From: an uncultured bacterium
GTDB taxonomy: Bacteria > Hydrogenedentota > Hydrogenedentia > Hydrogenedentales > CAILVY01
Length of the DNA: 64,000 nucleotides
Direction of reading: 5' to 3'
NCBI GenBank assembly: GCA_937951485.1
Contig: CALEDJ010000015.1
Coordinates: 45,311 to 109,310, forward strand
Below the pieces are notes generated by a model that worked only from the letters and a program-made list of their open reading frames with translations, did no database searches and had not been told where the DNA came from. A program made the position numbers and the translations under genes. How positions within the stretch are numbered: position 1 is the stretch's first letter; each line of letters begins with the position of its first letter. Shown here piece after piece: positions 20,607-31,133 of this stretch.

Positions 20607-23600
20607 TCAGGGAGCGGGGGGCGCGCAGTGATTACGCGGGCGCGAAGCGCCGCTGCCGAGGGCAATCATGGAACCGAAAAAATCGCGTACCCATGCCTGC
20701 GCATCGTCCACGATGGTGTACACAATGGGCACGACGAAGAGGGTGAGGAATGTGCCGGCGCAGAGACCGCCGACGAGGGCGCGCCCCAGCCCGGTGACCG
20801 CGCCGCCGGTCGCGCCGCGCCCGACGGCAAGCGGCAGGATGCAGAAGACGGTGGTGAGGGTGGTCATCAGGACGGGCCGCAGGCGGTTGTGGCCGCCCTG
20901 GAGCACTGCCTGGGCGCGCTCAAGCCCCTGTCGCCGCAGTTGGTTGATGTGGTCAATGATGACGATGCCGTTGTTGACGATGATGCCGCACATGATGATG
21001 GAACCGACGAGGGAGATGGTGTCCATCTGCTTTCCGGTGAGGTACATGACCCAGTACACGCCGGAAAAGGCCATGGGGACGGTGGTGAGCACGGAGAGTG
21101 GCAACAGCCACGATTCAAAAAGGGCTGCCATCACGAGATAGATCAGGATGATCGACATGGCGAGCGTCTTGGAGAAATTGGCCAGGGTTTCGTCCATGGC
21201 CCGCAGTTCGTCGTCCAATTCGATGGAATAACCGCGCGGGAGATCGAATCGGGCGATCAGGGCGCGGAGGCTGTCGCGCACCTGAATCAGGTTCTCGCTG
21301 TTCACCCGCCCGTAGAGTCGCAGGGAACTTTTCGCGTTGACGCGGTCTATGCGCGGCGGGGTCTCGCCTTTGTGCAGGCTGACCAGTTGCATGAGCGGCA
21401 CCAGGCGTCCGTCGCCGCCTTGCACCGCCATTGTTTCCAAATCGCCCACGTTGCCCTTCTGGGTCCAGGGCAACTGCCCGCGTACGGCGATTTCCTGTCC
21501 GCCCCTTTTCATGTAAGGGAGGTTTGCGCCGCGCAGCGCAAAATCCACCGTGCGTGCGATGAGCATCGGCGATACGCCCGCAGCGGCGGCGCGTTCCTTC
21601 TCGATGTGCAGTTGGATTTCGTCTTTTTCGTCGGGTCGATCGGATTTCACATCCGAAAGTTCCGGCAGGGTCGCCATGGCCTCCATAAATCGCCCGGCGA
21701 TTTCGTGCAGGGTTCTGGTGTCGTCGCCGCGCATGAGCACGCCGATGCTCCGCCCGCCCTCGGGGCGCACCTCGGACACGCCGTAGTCAATCCGCGCGCC
21801 GGGCAGCCGGGCGGGCAGCCGTTCCGCCAGGAATTTTCGCGCCTCGTCCGTGCTGCAGGGCAGCGTGGCGCCGGGCGGCAGATCGTCTTCTTTCACAAGA
21901 TACATCGTGATAACGCCCCCCCAGCCGCCCGAATTCACGTAGATATTGGTGATGCCGAGTTCTTCCCGGTAGGCTTCGATGCGGGACACGAGCATGTCCA
22001 CGGTCTCGCGGACATTGTCCTGTCCATAGTTCTGGTCCACGTTGAGCCGCACGCTGAACTGGCGCATGTCGAGTTGCGGCAAACCCTGAAAACCGGTGCG
22101 CTGATAGGGGAGATAATAACTGGCAAGGAGGAGCGCCAGGGTCAGCGCGATAACAACGGGCCGATGCCGGATCGCCAGCGCCATCGCCGCATCGTAGATT
22201 TTCCAGAGGGCATCCATCACGCCGAAATGGGGCAGACGCGGGCGAAACCGTTTCCGGCGTTCTCCGGATGGGGCGGTGGCGCGCGGCCTTTGCGCGCGCC
22301 CGTCATAACTCTCCGCGAGGGGAATGATCGTCAGGGCGATCACGAGGCTTGCCGTCAATGAGGTGGTGATAGGCCCGGCGAACTCCCGCATGATGGTGGA
22401 CAGTTCGCCCGATTCCAGGTAGAACACCGGAATAAACACCACCACCGTTGTCAAGGTTGACGCGGAGATCGCCATGCTCACCTCCGTCGCCCCGCGCTGC
22501 GCATTCATCGCCCGGTCGCCGCCGATCATGCGTCGGCGATGAATGTTCTCGATAACGACGATGGTATTGTCCACCAACATGCCCATGGAAATGACCAACG
22601 CAGCAAGGGTGACGAGGTTCAGGGTCTGGCCGGAAAAGTAGATGTAAATCACGGCGACCACGATGGAGGCGGGAATCGCCAGCGAAACCAGGATGGTCGG
22701 GCGGATGCGGCGCAGAAAGAGCCACAGCACAATCACCGCCATGGCGCAGCCGTATTTTCCGGCGTTGTATAGAGAACTCAGCGCAAAACGGATGATTTCC
22801 GACTGATCCTCGAAAACGAACACCTCGACGTCGTGGAATTCGGGGTCCTCGCGCATGCGCGCCAACTCTGCATGCACCGCGTCGCAGGTGGCCACAGCGT
22901 TGGCGTCCGGTTCCTTGATGATGCGCACAAACACGCCGCGCTTGCCGTCAATCTGAAATTGTTCCGCGCCCGAAGGCCCCTGGACCGAAACATTCGCCAC
23001 GTCTCTGAGGCGGATGCCGGACGGTGTGATGATGGCCATTTCCAGTTCGTCGGGATCACTGAATTCCTCGTTCAGGCGCACGAAGTAGCGCATCTCCCCC
23101 TGTTGTAACTGGCCCACGCCGATGTTGATGCTGGCGGCGTGCAACGCCTGCACCACCTGATAGACGCTCAATCCAAGGCTGAGCAGCGCGTGCTGGTTGA
23201 ATTCCACATAGACCGATTCACTCGGCGTTCCGCTGATCTCCACATCTGCGACGCCGTCCAGACGCATCAACTGCCGCCGCAGATGCGTACGCGCATAAAG
23301 CGCAAGATCGTCCCCGCGTTCCTCGCGGAACAACGCCAGGCGCATGATCGGAATGCTCAGGCTGCTGAAGCGGCGCAGGAGGAGGGTGTCCACATCGGCG
23401 GGCAGTTTCAGGCGGAGCCGCTCGATGCGATCGCGCGCCTCCGCGCTCGCCAGTTTCATGTCCGTATCCCAGGTGAACTCCATCCAGATGTAACATCCGC
23501 CGCTATCCGAATTGCTGGAAATCCGGCGCAGCCCCGGAATCGTCTTGAATTCGCCCTCGGCGGGAATCGCCACTTCATGCTCCACCTGCTCCGGCGTGGC

Positions 23601-23777
23601 CCCCGGATACGGAATCATCACGCGCATCGCGGGGAAGTCCATCTTGATGGTGAATTCCAGCGGCAATCGCGGCCAGCAGATCGCGCCCAGCGTCACGAGC
23701 ATGATCACCAGCATGCACATCGTCACGGGACGCCGGATCGCCAGCGCCGGCAACGACCATTTGCTGTATGCATTCAT
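20607..23777 (-). CDS. Efflux RND transporter permease (AcrB/CzcA/HAE family)
   Basis: 1056 aa, 12-TM architecture with two large periplasmic loops and the typical N-terminus MNAYSKWSLPALAIRRPVTMCMLVIMLVTLG. No membrane-fusion-protein or outer-membrane-factor gene adjacent. Confidence 0.9.
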   Translation of the reverse strand: MNAYSKWSLPALAIRRPVTMCMLVIMLVTLGAICWPRLPLEFTIKMDFPAMRVMIPYPGATPEQVEHEVAIPAEGEFKTIPGLRRISSNSDSGGCYIWMEFTWDTDMKLASAEARDRIERLRLKLPADVDTLLLRRFSSLSIPIMRLALFREERGDDLALYARTHLRRQLMRLDGVADVEISGTPSESVYVEFNQHALLSLGLSVYQVVQALHAASINIGVGQLQQGEMRYFVRLNEEFSDPDELEMAIITPSGIRLRDVANVSVQGPSGAEQFQIDGKRGVFVRIIKEPDANAVATCDAVHAELARMREDPEFHDVEVFVFEDQSEIIRFALSSLYNAGKYGCAMAVIVLWLFLRRIRPTILVSLAIPASIVVAVIYIYFSGQTLNLVTLAALVISMGMLVDNTIVVIENIHRRRMIGGDRAMNAQRGATEVSMAISASTLTTVVVFIPVFYLESGELSTIMREFAGPITTSLTASLVIALTIIPLAESYDGRAQRPRATAPSGERRKRFRPRLPHFGVMDALWKIYDAAMALAIRHRPVVIALTLALLLASYYLPYQRTGFQGLPQLDMRQFSVRLNVDQNYGQDNVRETVDMLVSRIEAYREELGITNIYVNSGGWGGVITMYLVKEDDLPPGATLPCSTDEARKFLAERLPARLPGARIDYGVSEVRPEGGRSIGVLMRGDDTRTLHEIAGRFMEAMATLPELSDVKSDRPDEKDEIQLHIEKERAAAAGVSPMLIARTVDFALRGANLPYMKRGGQEIAVRGQLPWTQKGNVGDLETMAVQGGDGRLVPLMQLVSLHKGETPPRIDRVNAKSSLRLYGRVNSENLIQVRDSLRALIARFDLPRGYSIELDDELRAMDETLANFSKTLAMSIILIYLVMAALFESWLLPLSVLTTVPMAFSGVYWVMYLTGKQMDTISLVGSIIMCGIIVNNGIVIIDHINQLRRQGLERAQAVLQGGHNRLRPVLMTTLTTVFCILPLAVGRGATGGAVTGLGRALVGGLCAGTFLTLFVVPIVYTIVDDAQAWVRDFFGSMIALGSGASRPRNHCAPPAP

Positions 23778-24067
23778 GCTGTCCCCTCCGCAATCCGGTC
23801 GGGGTGATTACGGATCGCCCCTGGACCTGATTCCCAATCATCCTCTGCGACCACATCCCTCTCCGGACATCAGTTTGCCCCTTCCCGGTTTAATCATATC
23901 AGATGGCGCACAGCCAACAGCAAGATGTCCCTTGAGTTACTTTGAGTTGGCAATGACCAAGACAAGATAAGTTGGCGGGAGTTGCGCCAGCACAGGGCAA
24001 CAGATTGATTGCTGCGGGAGTTGCAGTAGCCCGCTCTAATCCGCCCTGGAGAGAGAACAGCGGTACA

Positions 24068-24105
24068 TAAACAAAAGCAGAAGCGCTTTACTCAAACGCT
24101 TCTGC
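24068..24105 (-). terminator. Candidate intrinsic terminator downstream of the small minus-strand gene
   Basis: Perfect inverted repeat GCAGAAGCG / CGCTTCTGC with an 11-nt loop, followed on the minus strand by TTTTGTTT. Confidence 0.5.
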
Positions 24106-24172
24106 AACATAAACCCTTTTCCAAAGCCCACTGACGCTTTGGATGGTCTCTGTAAACACTTCTGGTTCGGAA

Positions 24173-24475
24173 TCAATATCCCGCTTTGATGTCCGCGCCG
24201 CCGGCAGTCGCGCCACCGCCTGTGCCGCCCGCCGCGCCGCCTGCGCCGCCACCAGCGCCGCCAACCGGCGCGCTGGCAACCAACTCAAGCCCCGCTACGG
24301 AGACGGGCAACGATTCCGTTGCAATACTGCCGACATCCGATGCGGCAATCGCCGTTGGGGTTTCAGTCGTTGCGCCATCATAAATGCGCGCCACGGCCAC
24401 GCCGGTAATCACGCCGAACACGGCAATTACCGCTACAACCGACAAACCTATCTTCGATGCCTTCAGGGTACTCAC
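24173..24475 (-). CDS. Small membrane/secreted protein with Gly/Ala-rich tail
   Basis: 100-aa ORF with a GTG start preceded by AGGAGG, N-terminal TM helix (LSVVAVIAVFGVITGVAVA) and a C-terminal (GGAGGGAGGAAGGTGGGATAGG) tail. Confidence 0.45.
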   Translation of the reverse strand: MSTLKASKIGLSVVAVIAVFGVITGVAVARIYDGATTETPTAIAASDVGSIATESLPVSVAGLELVASAPVGGAGGGAGGAAGGTGGGATAGGADIKAGY

Positions 24476-24838
24476 CGTCTCATTCCTCCTTCAGTCTGAA
24501 ATTCCTGCCCTTAATGATCACACTTAAATCGCACGACTTTATTCTACTACCTCACGCCCTTCCATTTCAAGAATGATTATACATGAAAAGTGACCAAAAG
24601 TCCAGTACTTTTTCTGCCCCCGGGGAATAAATCCGTAAATTGTTCCAAGTTGCGTTCTGTCAAGCATTTATGCAAGATAGTCCAAGGAAGATGGAACACC
24701 AAACGGCACTTATGGCGGGCCTTTTTCGTCCCGCAAGAGATAAAATACACTCCTCCATCAGGTTGTCCGGCATAACAAATTCGGCCATAATCCTATTCCG
24801 AAAAGGTGTTGCGTCAGGCGCGGTCCCCGTGGGAAGGG

Positions 24839-27133
24839 ATGTTAAGTTTGACCATGAAAATACTTTCAAATGCCGACAGACGCGCGCATGATTCCCATGT
24901 CGTTGAAAACGGTATTTCTCGTCGCGTTCAGGGCCTTTTATGTATTGCCTTAATCACAGGATTAACAGTTCGTATTATTTATCTGCTTCACTCGTTTTAC
25001 TGTCCTGATTTTGCCTCCCCTGTCCTCGACCCGCGCCTGAACGATTATTGGGCACGCGCACTGGTGACGGGCAACTGGACGCCGCCGGTCTATGCGGACG
25101 ACCCGGAAATCTGCACGACGCCGTATGGCCGTCCTCCGGGTTATCCGTACTTGCTCGCGGTGGTTTATGCGCTGTTCGATGGATCCTATCTTGCGCCGCG
25201 CCTGGCACAGTTGGGATTGGGGCTGGTAAACGTCGCGCTCGCATTTGCATTGGGTCGGCGTATTTTCGGCAATGCGGCGGGCATTGTCGCAGCGGGGATA
25301 CTGGCGGTGTATTGGCCGCTGGTTTATTTTGAAATGGAATTGAACTATCCGGTGGTGGTTGTATTCCTGACATTGTTGACCCTGCTTTGCTGCCAGCGGT
25401 GGGTTCATCATCCAACGTTGCGAATGGCCGCCGGGATTGGTGCGATCATTGGCTGTTTCGCGCTGATCCGGCCCAACGTGCTGCTGTCAGGAATTACACT
25501 GGCCGCATGGATGATCTGGGCGGGCCGGCGTCGCGCCATGCCGTGGCGCAAAGCGTTGATCAACGCGTTCGCGCTGCTGGCGGCGTGCGGGGCGCTGATC
25601 ACGCCTGCCGTTGTGCGCAATTACGTGGTATCCAAAGAGTGGGTGCTTATTTCATATTATGACGGCGTAAACATTTATATCGGCAACAATCCGCAGTCCC
25701 GTGGCGATTCGGCGCGGATTCCTGATTTGCGCGACATCTCCGGCCTGGATGCCTGGGACTGTTTCAGTTATCCCATGCTTGTTCGAAATCTTGGGCGAAA
25801 GATGGATGGCCCGGATTTCGGTTTCTCAGATGCTTCGCGGTATTTCCGCCGGCGCGCCGCCGCGTTCGTCTGGGAAGAACCATTTACCGCACTACGGCTG
25901 ACGGTCCGAAAGGCGCTCTTATTCTGGGGGCCAATAGAGGTCTCCGACAGCAAGGTAATGGAATTGGACCGCCAAGCCAGCCCATTGCTTCGTTGGCTTC
26001 CCGGATTTCCGTCGGTATTCGCGGCGGCCTTGCTCGGTGCGCTTCTGTGGAGACGTAACGCACGACGTTCCGGCAGCCAAGAACCAGACCGCACACGGGA
26101 TGCTTTCCTGGAATGCGTGGCGTTCCTGGTGCTGTTCGCCGTGTCCTATTTTTTCTCCATCCTGCCCTTCTTCATTGCCGGACGTTACCGGATTCCAGTA
26201 GTGCCGATTCTGGCGGTCTTCGCCGGATATGGGCTGGTTGCGACGGGCGCGGCCTGGCGTACGGGAGACTATCGGCGTGGCGCGCTTTCGTCGGCGTTGT
26301 TGGCGCTGCTCTACATCGCATGCGCCACGCCGTTTGCGTCGTATTTGCCGGATGCCGCGACCTGGCATCTGCGGCGGGCGCAGGCGCACATGCAGGCTCA
26401 CCGTGACGGAGAAGCCCTGCAGGAACTGGCATCTGCGCTGCGCGAAGACGATATGAATATAGAGGCGCATGTGTTGACGGGATTTCTATTGGACCGCGCT
26501 GGAGATATCGAGGCCGCGATAGCCCAGTACCGTCGAGCGCTGGAGATTGACCCTGACCATGTCACGGCCTGCAACAACCTCGGTCATGCCCTGGCGCGGC
26601 AGGGCGAAGCGGATGAGGCGGAGGCCCTATACCGGCGCGCGCTGCAATGGAACCCCTGGCATGCGCTGGCCTGCAATAACCTGGGGTGGTTGTCAATGGA
26701 GCATGGGCGGCTGGAAGAAGCCGTCGGTGCGTTTACCCAGGAAATCACGGCAGAACCGAACCATGCGCGGGGACACTACCACTTGGGAATCGCGCTGGCG
26801 CGGCAGGGAAAATTTGAGTTGTCCGCCGAACATCTGGAGGCGGCCCTGACGCGTGCGCCCGGGAATCCGGATATCCTCACCGACCTTGGCCTGGTGCGGG
26901 CGCGGCTGGGACAACCGGAGCAGGCCGAGCGGCGCTTCCTGGAGGCGCTGCAGCGGCGGCCTGATTTTGCCCGAGCACATTTCAATCTCGGCAATCTCTA
27001 CGGCGACCTGGGCCGCTATGAGGACGCGGCCCGGCATTTCGAAAAGACGCTTGCCATTGATCCCGATTTTGAACAGGCGCGCCAGCACCTCGAACAGGTT
27101 CGGGCGGCCATGGAAAAACCCCCGAACGATTGA
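24839..27133 (+). CDS. GT-C family (PMT/ArnT-like, GT39-type) membrane glycosyltransferase with C-terminal TPR repeats (TMTC-like architecture)
   Basis: N-terminal polytopic domain with the conserved YGRPPGYPYLLA motif and about 11 TM segments. The C-terminal roughly 330 aa hold at least 8 TPR units (AHxNLGxxLxxQG...). The start could be 24839 or 24854. Confidence 0.65.
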   Translation: MLSLTMKILSNADRRAHDSHVVENGISRRVQGLLCIALITGLTVRIIYLLHSFYCPDFASPVLDPRLNDYWARALVTGNWTPPVYADDPEICTTPYGRPPGYPYLLAVVYALFDGSYLAPRLAQLGLGLVNVALAFALGRRIFGNAAGIVAAGILAVYWPLVYFEMELNYPVVVVFLTLLTLLCCQRWVHHPTLRMAAGIGAIIGCFALIRPNVLLSGITLAAWMIWAGRRRAMPWRKALINAFALLAACGALITPAVVRNYVVSKEWVLISYYDGVNIYIGNNPQSRGDSARIPDLRDISGLDAWDCFSYPMLVRNLGRKMDGPDFGFSDASRYFRRRAAAFVWEEPFTALRLTVRKALLFWGPIEVSDSKVMELDRQASPLLRWLPGFPSVFAAALLGALLWRRNARRSGSQEPDRTRDAFLECVAFLVLFAVSYFFSILPFFIAGRYRIPVVPILAVFAGYGLVATGAAWRTGDYRRGALSSALLALLYIACATPFASYLPDAATWHLRRAQAHMQAHRDGEALQELASALREDDMNIEAHVLTGFLLDRAGDIEAAIAQYRRALEIDPDHVTACNNLGHALARQGEADEAEALYRRALQWNPWHALACNNLGWLSMEHGRLEEAVGAFTQEITAEPNHARGHYHLGIALARQGKFELSAEHLEAALTRAPGNPDILTDLGLVRARLGQPEQAERRFLEALQRRPDFARAHFNLGNLYGDLGRYEDAARHFEKTLAIDPDFEQARQHLEQVRAAMEKPPND

Positions 27134-27188
27134 CCCAAACCCCTTGTCCCCTGCTATGCTTGAGCAGGACTGACGCAGGGAAAAGCCG

Positions 27189-29894
27189 GTGAAGGAAGCG
27201 ATACAGGAAAATACTGCGCCCGGGCGCGCCGTTGACGGGGAAAGCGCTTCAGGTGAAGAATGGCCGCGCCGTGAATGGATTTGCCTGACGGCGATTCTGG
27301 CGCTGGGGCTTTTCCTGCGGCTATGGTATTTCTCCGAACTGGTGCACGCCCCGGATTTCCGTGCGCTCCGCCAGGATCTGGATGTGCAGGATTATCAGGC
27401 GCGCGCCATGCTTTCGGGCGACTGGACGGTCCGCGACGGGGAAAACGACCCGGAAATCCCCACCACCCCCTATTACCGCCCCCCGGGCTATCCCTATTTC
27501 CTGGCCATTGTTTATTGGTTCAGCAACGGCAGTTATCTGGCGCCGCGCCTGGTGCATTTCGCGCTCGGTCTCACCACCGCCACGCTGTTGTATCTTCTGG
27601 GCAGGGCTGTTTTCAGCGGCGGCGTCGGTTTGATCGCCGCATTCCTGTACGCTACGTACTGGGGCTGCATTTACTACGAAGGCGAGGTCAATGACCCGGC
27701 GATATTTCTTTTTCTCGTCCCCTCTCTCATGCTTGTCCTGCTGCGATGGCTTCGGGCTTTTGCCGCTCGATGGGCGGCGCTTGCCGGTCTGATTATCGGC
27801 TGCTACGCCATCATGCGACCCAACATTCTCCTGTTTGGGCCGGTTCTTGCCGCATGGATGCTGTATGTCGCCTGGCGGCGACGGCAATTGCGGCGCGCGG
27901 CAAGCAGTTGGATCGCACTGGCGTTGTTGGCCGCCGCCCCCATTTTGCCGGTCACGGCGCGCAATTACGTGGTATCCGGTGAATTTGTGCCAATCTCTAC
28001 ATATTTCGGGCAGAATTTCCTTATCGGCAATGGAGAGGATTCCAACGGCTACACCTCCTGGACGCCTTACCTGCAGGAATTGGAAGGCACAGGGAACTGG
28101 TCGGTGTGGGTGTACAACAACGTGGTGCGTGGTCTGGGCAGGGAAGTGGGCAATGAAAACCTGACCCACTCGGAGGCGTCGCGCATCTTCTTCTGGAAGA
28201 CCGTGGATTTCATTCGCGAAAACAAGATGCGCACGCTGAAACTGGCGATAAAAAAAGCCGCATACTTCTGGCACCCGCTGGAAATCACCGAAAACAAGGT
28301 CGTCCAACACGAAAAGTGGCACTATGCGCCACTGAAATACCTTCCGGGTTTTCCCTGGACCATGGCGTTGTTTCTGGGCGGCAGCCTGTTTCTCACATGG
28401 GACTGGCGGCGCGGCCGCCTGCCGGGGCATTCATCATTGGATGCAACGACGGTGAAGCGCATCATCTTCATCGTCTATGCGTTTGCATTCACTTATTTCG
28501 CCTCCTTCATTCCGTTTTTCGTCAATGCCCGGTCAAGGGCGCCTTTATATGGCCTGATGCTGCTGATTGGCGCGTATGGCGTGAAGCGGCTGTGGGATTT
28601 TGCGGTTGCCCGACAATACTGCCGGATGGCGCTGGGAGCGGCTCTTTTCGGCGGAATGTTCCTGATTTCTTCGGTGCCGCTGGCGCCGTATACTCCTGAC
28701 CATGATCGCTGGCATTATGACCGCGCCGATTCATACCTTCGGGAAGGCAAAGTGGAAGAAGCGATTGCGGAGGCGCGGGCGATGATGGCGCTGCCGGAAC
28801 GGCCGATGTACTACATGCCGCACCGTCTGGGGGTGGCGTTTGTTCGATTGGGTCGCTACGAAGAGGCCGTCCCGCTGTTGCGTGCGGCGCTCAGTCCGGA
28901 ACCGGAGGAACAGGATCCCCGATACCGGCAGGATGTGCACTATCTCTTGGGGGTGGCGCTGGCAAGCACAAACCGGGACGCGGAGGCCGTGGAAGCCTAT
29001 GAAGCGGCGCTGTGGCTGAATCCGGATGACGCGCGGACGCATAACAATCTGGGGGTGATCCGCGAGAAGCAGGGCGATTTCGCCGCAGCGGAACATCACT
29101 ACCGCGAGGCGATCCGGTCTTCGCGGGAGTTTGCCCTGGCCTACAGCAATCTTGGGGACCTGTTGGGGCGAACGGCCCGCCTGGACGAAGCGATTGCGCA
29201 TCTGCGGCGCGCGGCGGAACTGGAGCCGGACAACGCGGACTACCATTACAATCTGGCGCGACATCTTGCGATGGCGGGGCGTAACGAAGAGGCTTCGGCG
29301 CACTATGAAACTGCAATTGCACTTCGACCGGAAGACCCGCGCCCCTGCAACAACCTCGGCTGGATGGCGCAGGAAGCGGGAGACCTTGCCGAGGCGGAGC
29401 GGCGCTACCGGCAGGCGGTGGAGGCGTCGCCGACTTTTACGCTGGGGTGGATCAATCTTATGCACCTGATGGTGCAGGAGGGGCGCTTGTCCGATGCCGG
29501 ACAGGTCTGCGACATCGCGATCGCCGAGGACCCGCGGAATCACGGATTAAGGTTGTCGTTTGCGGAAGTACTGGCCAGATATGATTACCAGTCAGAAGCC
29601 ATTGCGGAGTACCGCAAGGCACTGGCTTCGGAACCTGAGAATCCGGTGATCATGAACAATCTCGCCATTCTTCTGGTAGCAACAGGGCAGTGGCGGGAAG
29701 CCGAAGCCCTGTATCGCCGGGCGATCGAGTCTGATCCTGCGTACGCACCGGCGCACTGTAATCTGGGGGTACTGCTTCAGGCGCAGGGGCTCACGGAAGA
29801 CGCGATGCGGTATTTTCGCCAGGCCCTCGCGATTGATCCTGACAATGCGTTTGCGCAAAAGCGGCTGGCGACCGGAAAAGAGGAGAAGCGGTAA
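27189..29894 (+). CDS. Paralogous GT-C(PMT-like)+TPR membrane glycosyltransferase
   Basis: Same motif (YYRPPGYPYFLA) and architecture as the upstream gene, with a longer TPR tail. GTG start. Confidence 0.65.
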   Translation: MKEAIQENTAPGRAVDGESASGEEWPRREWICLTAILALGLFLRLWYFSELVHAPDFRALRQDLDVQDYQARAMLSGDWTVRDGENDPEIPTTPYYRPPGYPYFLAIVYWFSNGSYLAPRLVHFALGLTTATLLYLLGRAVFSGGVGLIAAFLYATYWGCIYYEGEVNDPAIFLFLVPSLMLVLLRWLRAFAARWAALAGLIIGCYAIMRPNILLFGPVLAAWMLYVAWRRRQLRRAASSWIALALLAAAPILPVTARNYVVSGEFVPISTYFGQNFLIGNGEDSNGYTSWTPYLQELEGTGNWSVWVYNNVVRGLGREVGNENLTHSEASRIFFWKTVDFIRENKMRTLKLAIKKAAYFWHPLEITENKVVQHEKWHYAPLKYLPGFPWTMALFLGGSLFLTWDWRRGRLPGHSSLDATTVKRIIFIVYAFAFTYFASFIPFFVNARSRAPLYGLMLLIGAYGVKRLWDFAVARQYCRMALGAALFGGMFLISSVPLAPYTPDHDRWHYDRADSYLREGKVEEAIAEARAMMALPERPMYYMPHRLGVAFVRLGRYEEAVPLLRAALSPEPEEQDPRYRQDVHYLLGVALASTNRDAEAVEAYEAALWLNPDDARTHNNLGVIREKQGDFAAAEHHYREAIRSSREFALAYSNLGDLLGRTARLDEAIAHLRRAAELEPDNADYHYNLARHLAMAGRNEEASAHYETAIALRPEDPRPCNNLGWMAQEAGDLAEAERRYRQAVEASPTFTLGWINLMHLMVQEGRLSDAGQVCDIAIAEDPRNHGLRLSFAEVLARYDYQSEAIAEYRKALASEPENPVIMNNLAILLVATGQWREAEALYRRAIESDPAYAPAHCNLGVLLQAQGLTEDAMRYFRQALAIDPDNAFAQKRLATGKEEKR

Positions 29895-29946
29895 GACAGC
29901 AGGATTGGCGCCCGGCCACCGCGTCAGGGGCTTGCCGCTTTTTTTT
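29888..29946 (+). terminator. Candidate intrinsic terminator after the GT-C/TPR gene pair
   Basis: GC-rich stem (GCGGTAAG...CTTGCCGC) ending in a T8 tract at 29939-29946. Confidence 0.4.
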
Positions 29947-30338
29947 GATGAAAAACCAGGCTGCTTTTGCTACAGTAGTATCGCTGGAAACATGGCGTAA
30001 TTTTTATTGTGTAAGGCAAGTGTTCATGTCTGGTTAAGGACCGGCAGAGTGCATTCATGTTCTACAATTGCAGCCGATGCGCCAGTTCCGCGAAGTGTTC
30101 TGGGTTTCCGCGTGCGCGGGAATGATCTACTCCCTGGAAAGTGTTGTTTTTCCGGTTTCATTGCCGCCCAAAGGCCTGTCGTTTCAGTGTGGGGACCGCC
30201 ACAAGTGCGCGAGGCCCGGGGCGAGGCGTGTCTGTCCGGGTTATGCGCGAAAGCGAAAGAACGGCATGCGGGAATCCAGTCATGTAAAACCATGCGCTGA
30301 GCGAACACCAATGGTGAGGCAAACAAGGAGGTAGCAAC

Positions 30339-30683
30339 ATGGTCGAGGCATTAAGATCGGGATGTATCAACCATCCCGGCGTGGAAGCGACGGTGCGCTG
30401 CAAGCAATGCGGCACGCCGGTGTGTGACACCTGCGTGGAATCCGGCCCCACGGGGCGCTTTTGTTCCCCGGCGTGCCGGCAAAAGCATGAAGCATTCATG
30501 CAGCGCGCACAGCAGAGGGACGGGCGCGCGCGGTCCGGCGTTTTTGTCAAACTGCGCGGACTGATCGGTTCCATCATGATTATTCTCGTCGTGCTGTTGG
30601 TAATCGGCGTGGCGGCAATGCTGTTTCCCATTCCCATGCTGTCTGATCTGGTTTTTCAACTGCGGGGCATGCTGAACATATAG
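30339..30683 (+). CDS. Zinc-ribbon (CxxHPx10CxxCx4CxxC-type) protein with C-terminal TM helix
   Basis: AAGGAGG RBS. N-terminal Cys cluster CINHP..CKQCGTPVCDTC..CSPAC and a C-terminal hydrophobic segment IMIILVVLLVIGVAAMLF. Confidence 0.55.
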   Translation: MVEALRSGCINHPGVEATVRCKQCGTPVCDTCVESGPTGRFCSPACRQKHEAFMQRAQQRDGRARSGVFVKLRGLIGSIMIILVVLLVIGVAAMLFPIPMLSDLVFQLRGMLNI

Positions 30684-30692
30684 GAGGTGGAC

Positions 30693-31133
30693 ATGGATCT
30701 CAGTGGATTGAAATGGCCGGTGATCATTCTGGTGGTCATCGGTGTCATCTGGCTGCTCTCCAGCGGCGGGGTGTCCTGGATGGAGACGAATTTCACCAAG
30801 GCCACACCGGGCGTGGACGCGGCGCGTGACACGACCGATGAGGCGGGGTTGACGCGGTTGGGCGGCTATCTGCTCGCGCTCTGGCGTTATGAACACGCGG
30901 CGCGGGTGATGGAGGCGGCCATTGCCCGTTATGGGATGAACGGCCCCAACTACTGGTATAACCACTACCGTCTCGTGAAGTGTTACGAGAAGATGGGGGA
31001 TTACCAGCGCGCGTACAATGTGTTGATGCAGTTGGTCGCCGCATCGGCCCACCAATACGACAAGCGGGTGCCGGAAAACGACAACCTGAGCCTGCGGGCG
31101 TCGAAACTCAAGGAATTGCACGAACTACGGTGA
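30693..31133 (+). CDS. Hypothetical N-terminally anchored membrane protein (TPR-like helical domain)
   Basis: AGGAGG RBS 5 nt before the ATG. N-terminal TM helix. The stop overlaps the rlmB GTG start in a GTGA coupling. Confidence 0.5.
   Translation: MDLSGLKWPVIILVVIGVIWLLSSGGVSWMETNFTKATPGVDAARDTTDEAGLTRLGGYLLALWRYEHAARVMEAAIARYGMNGPNYWYNHYRLVKCYEKMGDYQRAYNVLMQLVAASAHQYDKRVPENDNLSLRASKLKELHELR

Noticed and set aside
30980-31129. N-terminal 50 codons of the track ORF for rlmB
   Set aside because: They overlap the 3' end of the upstream gene in another frame. The GTG at 31130 overlapping the upstream TGA gives a canonical RlmB length and start.
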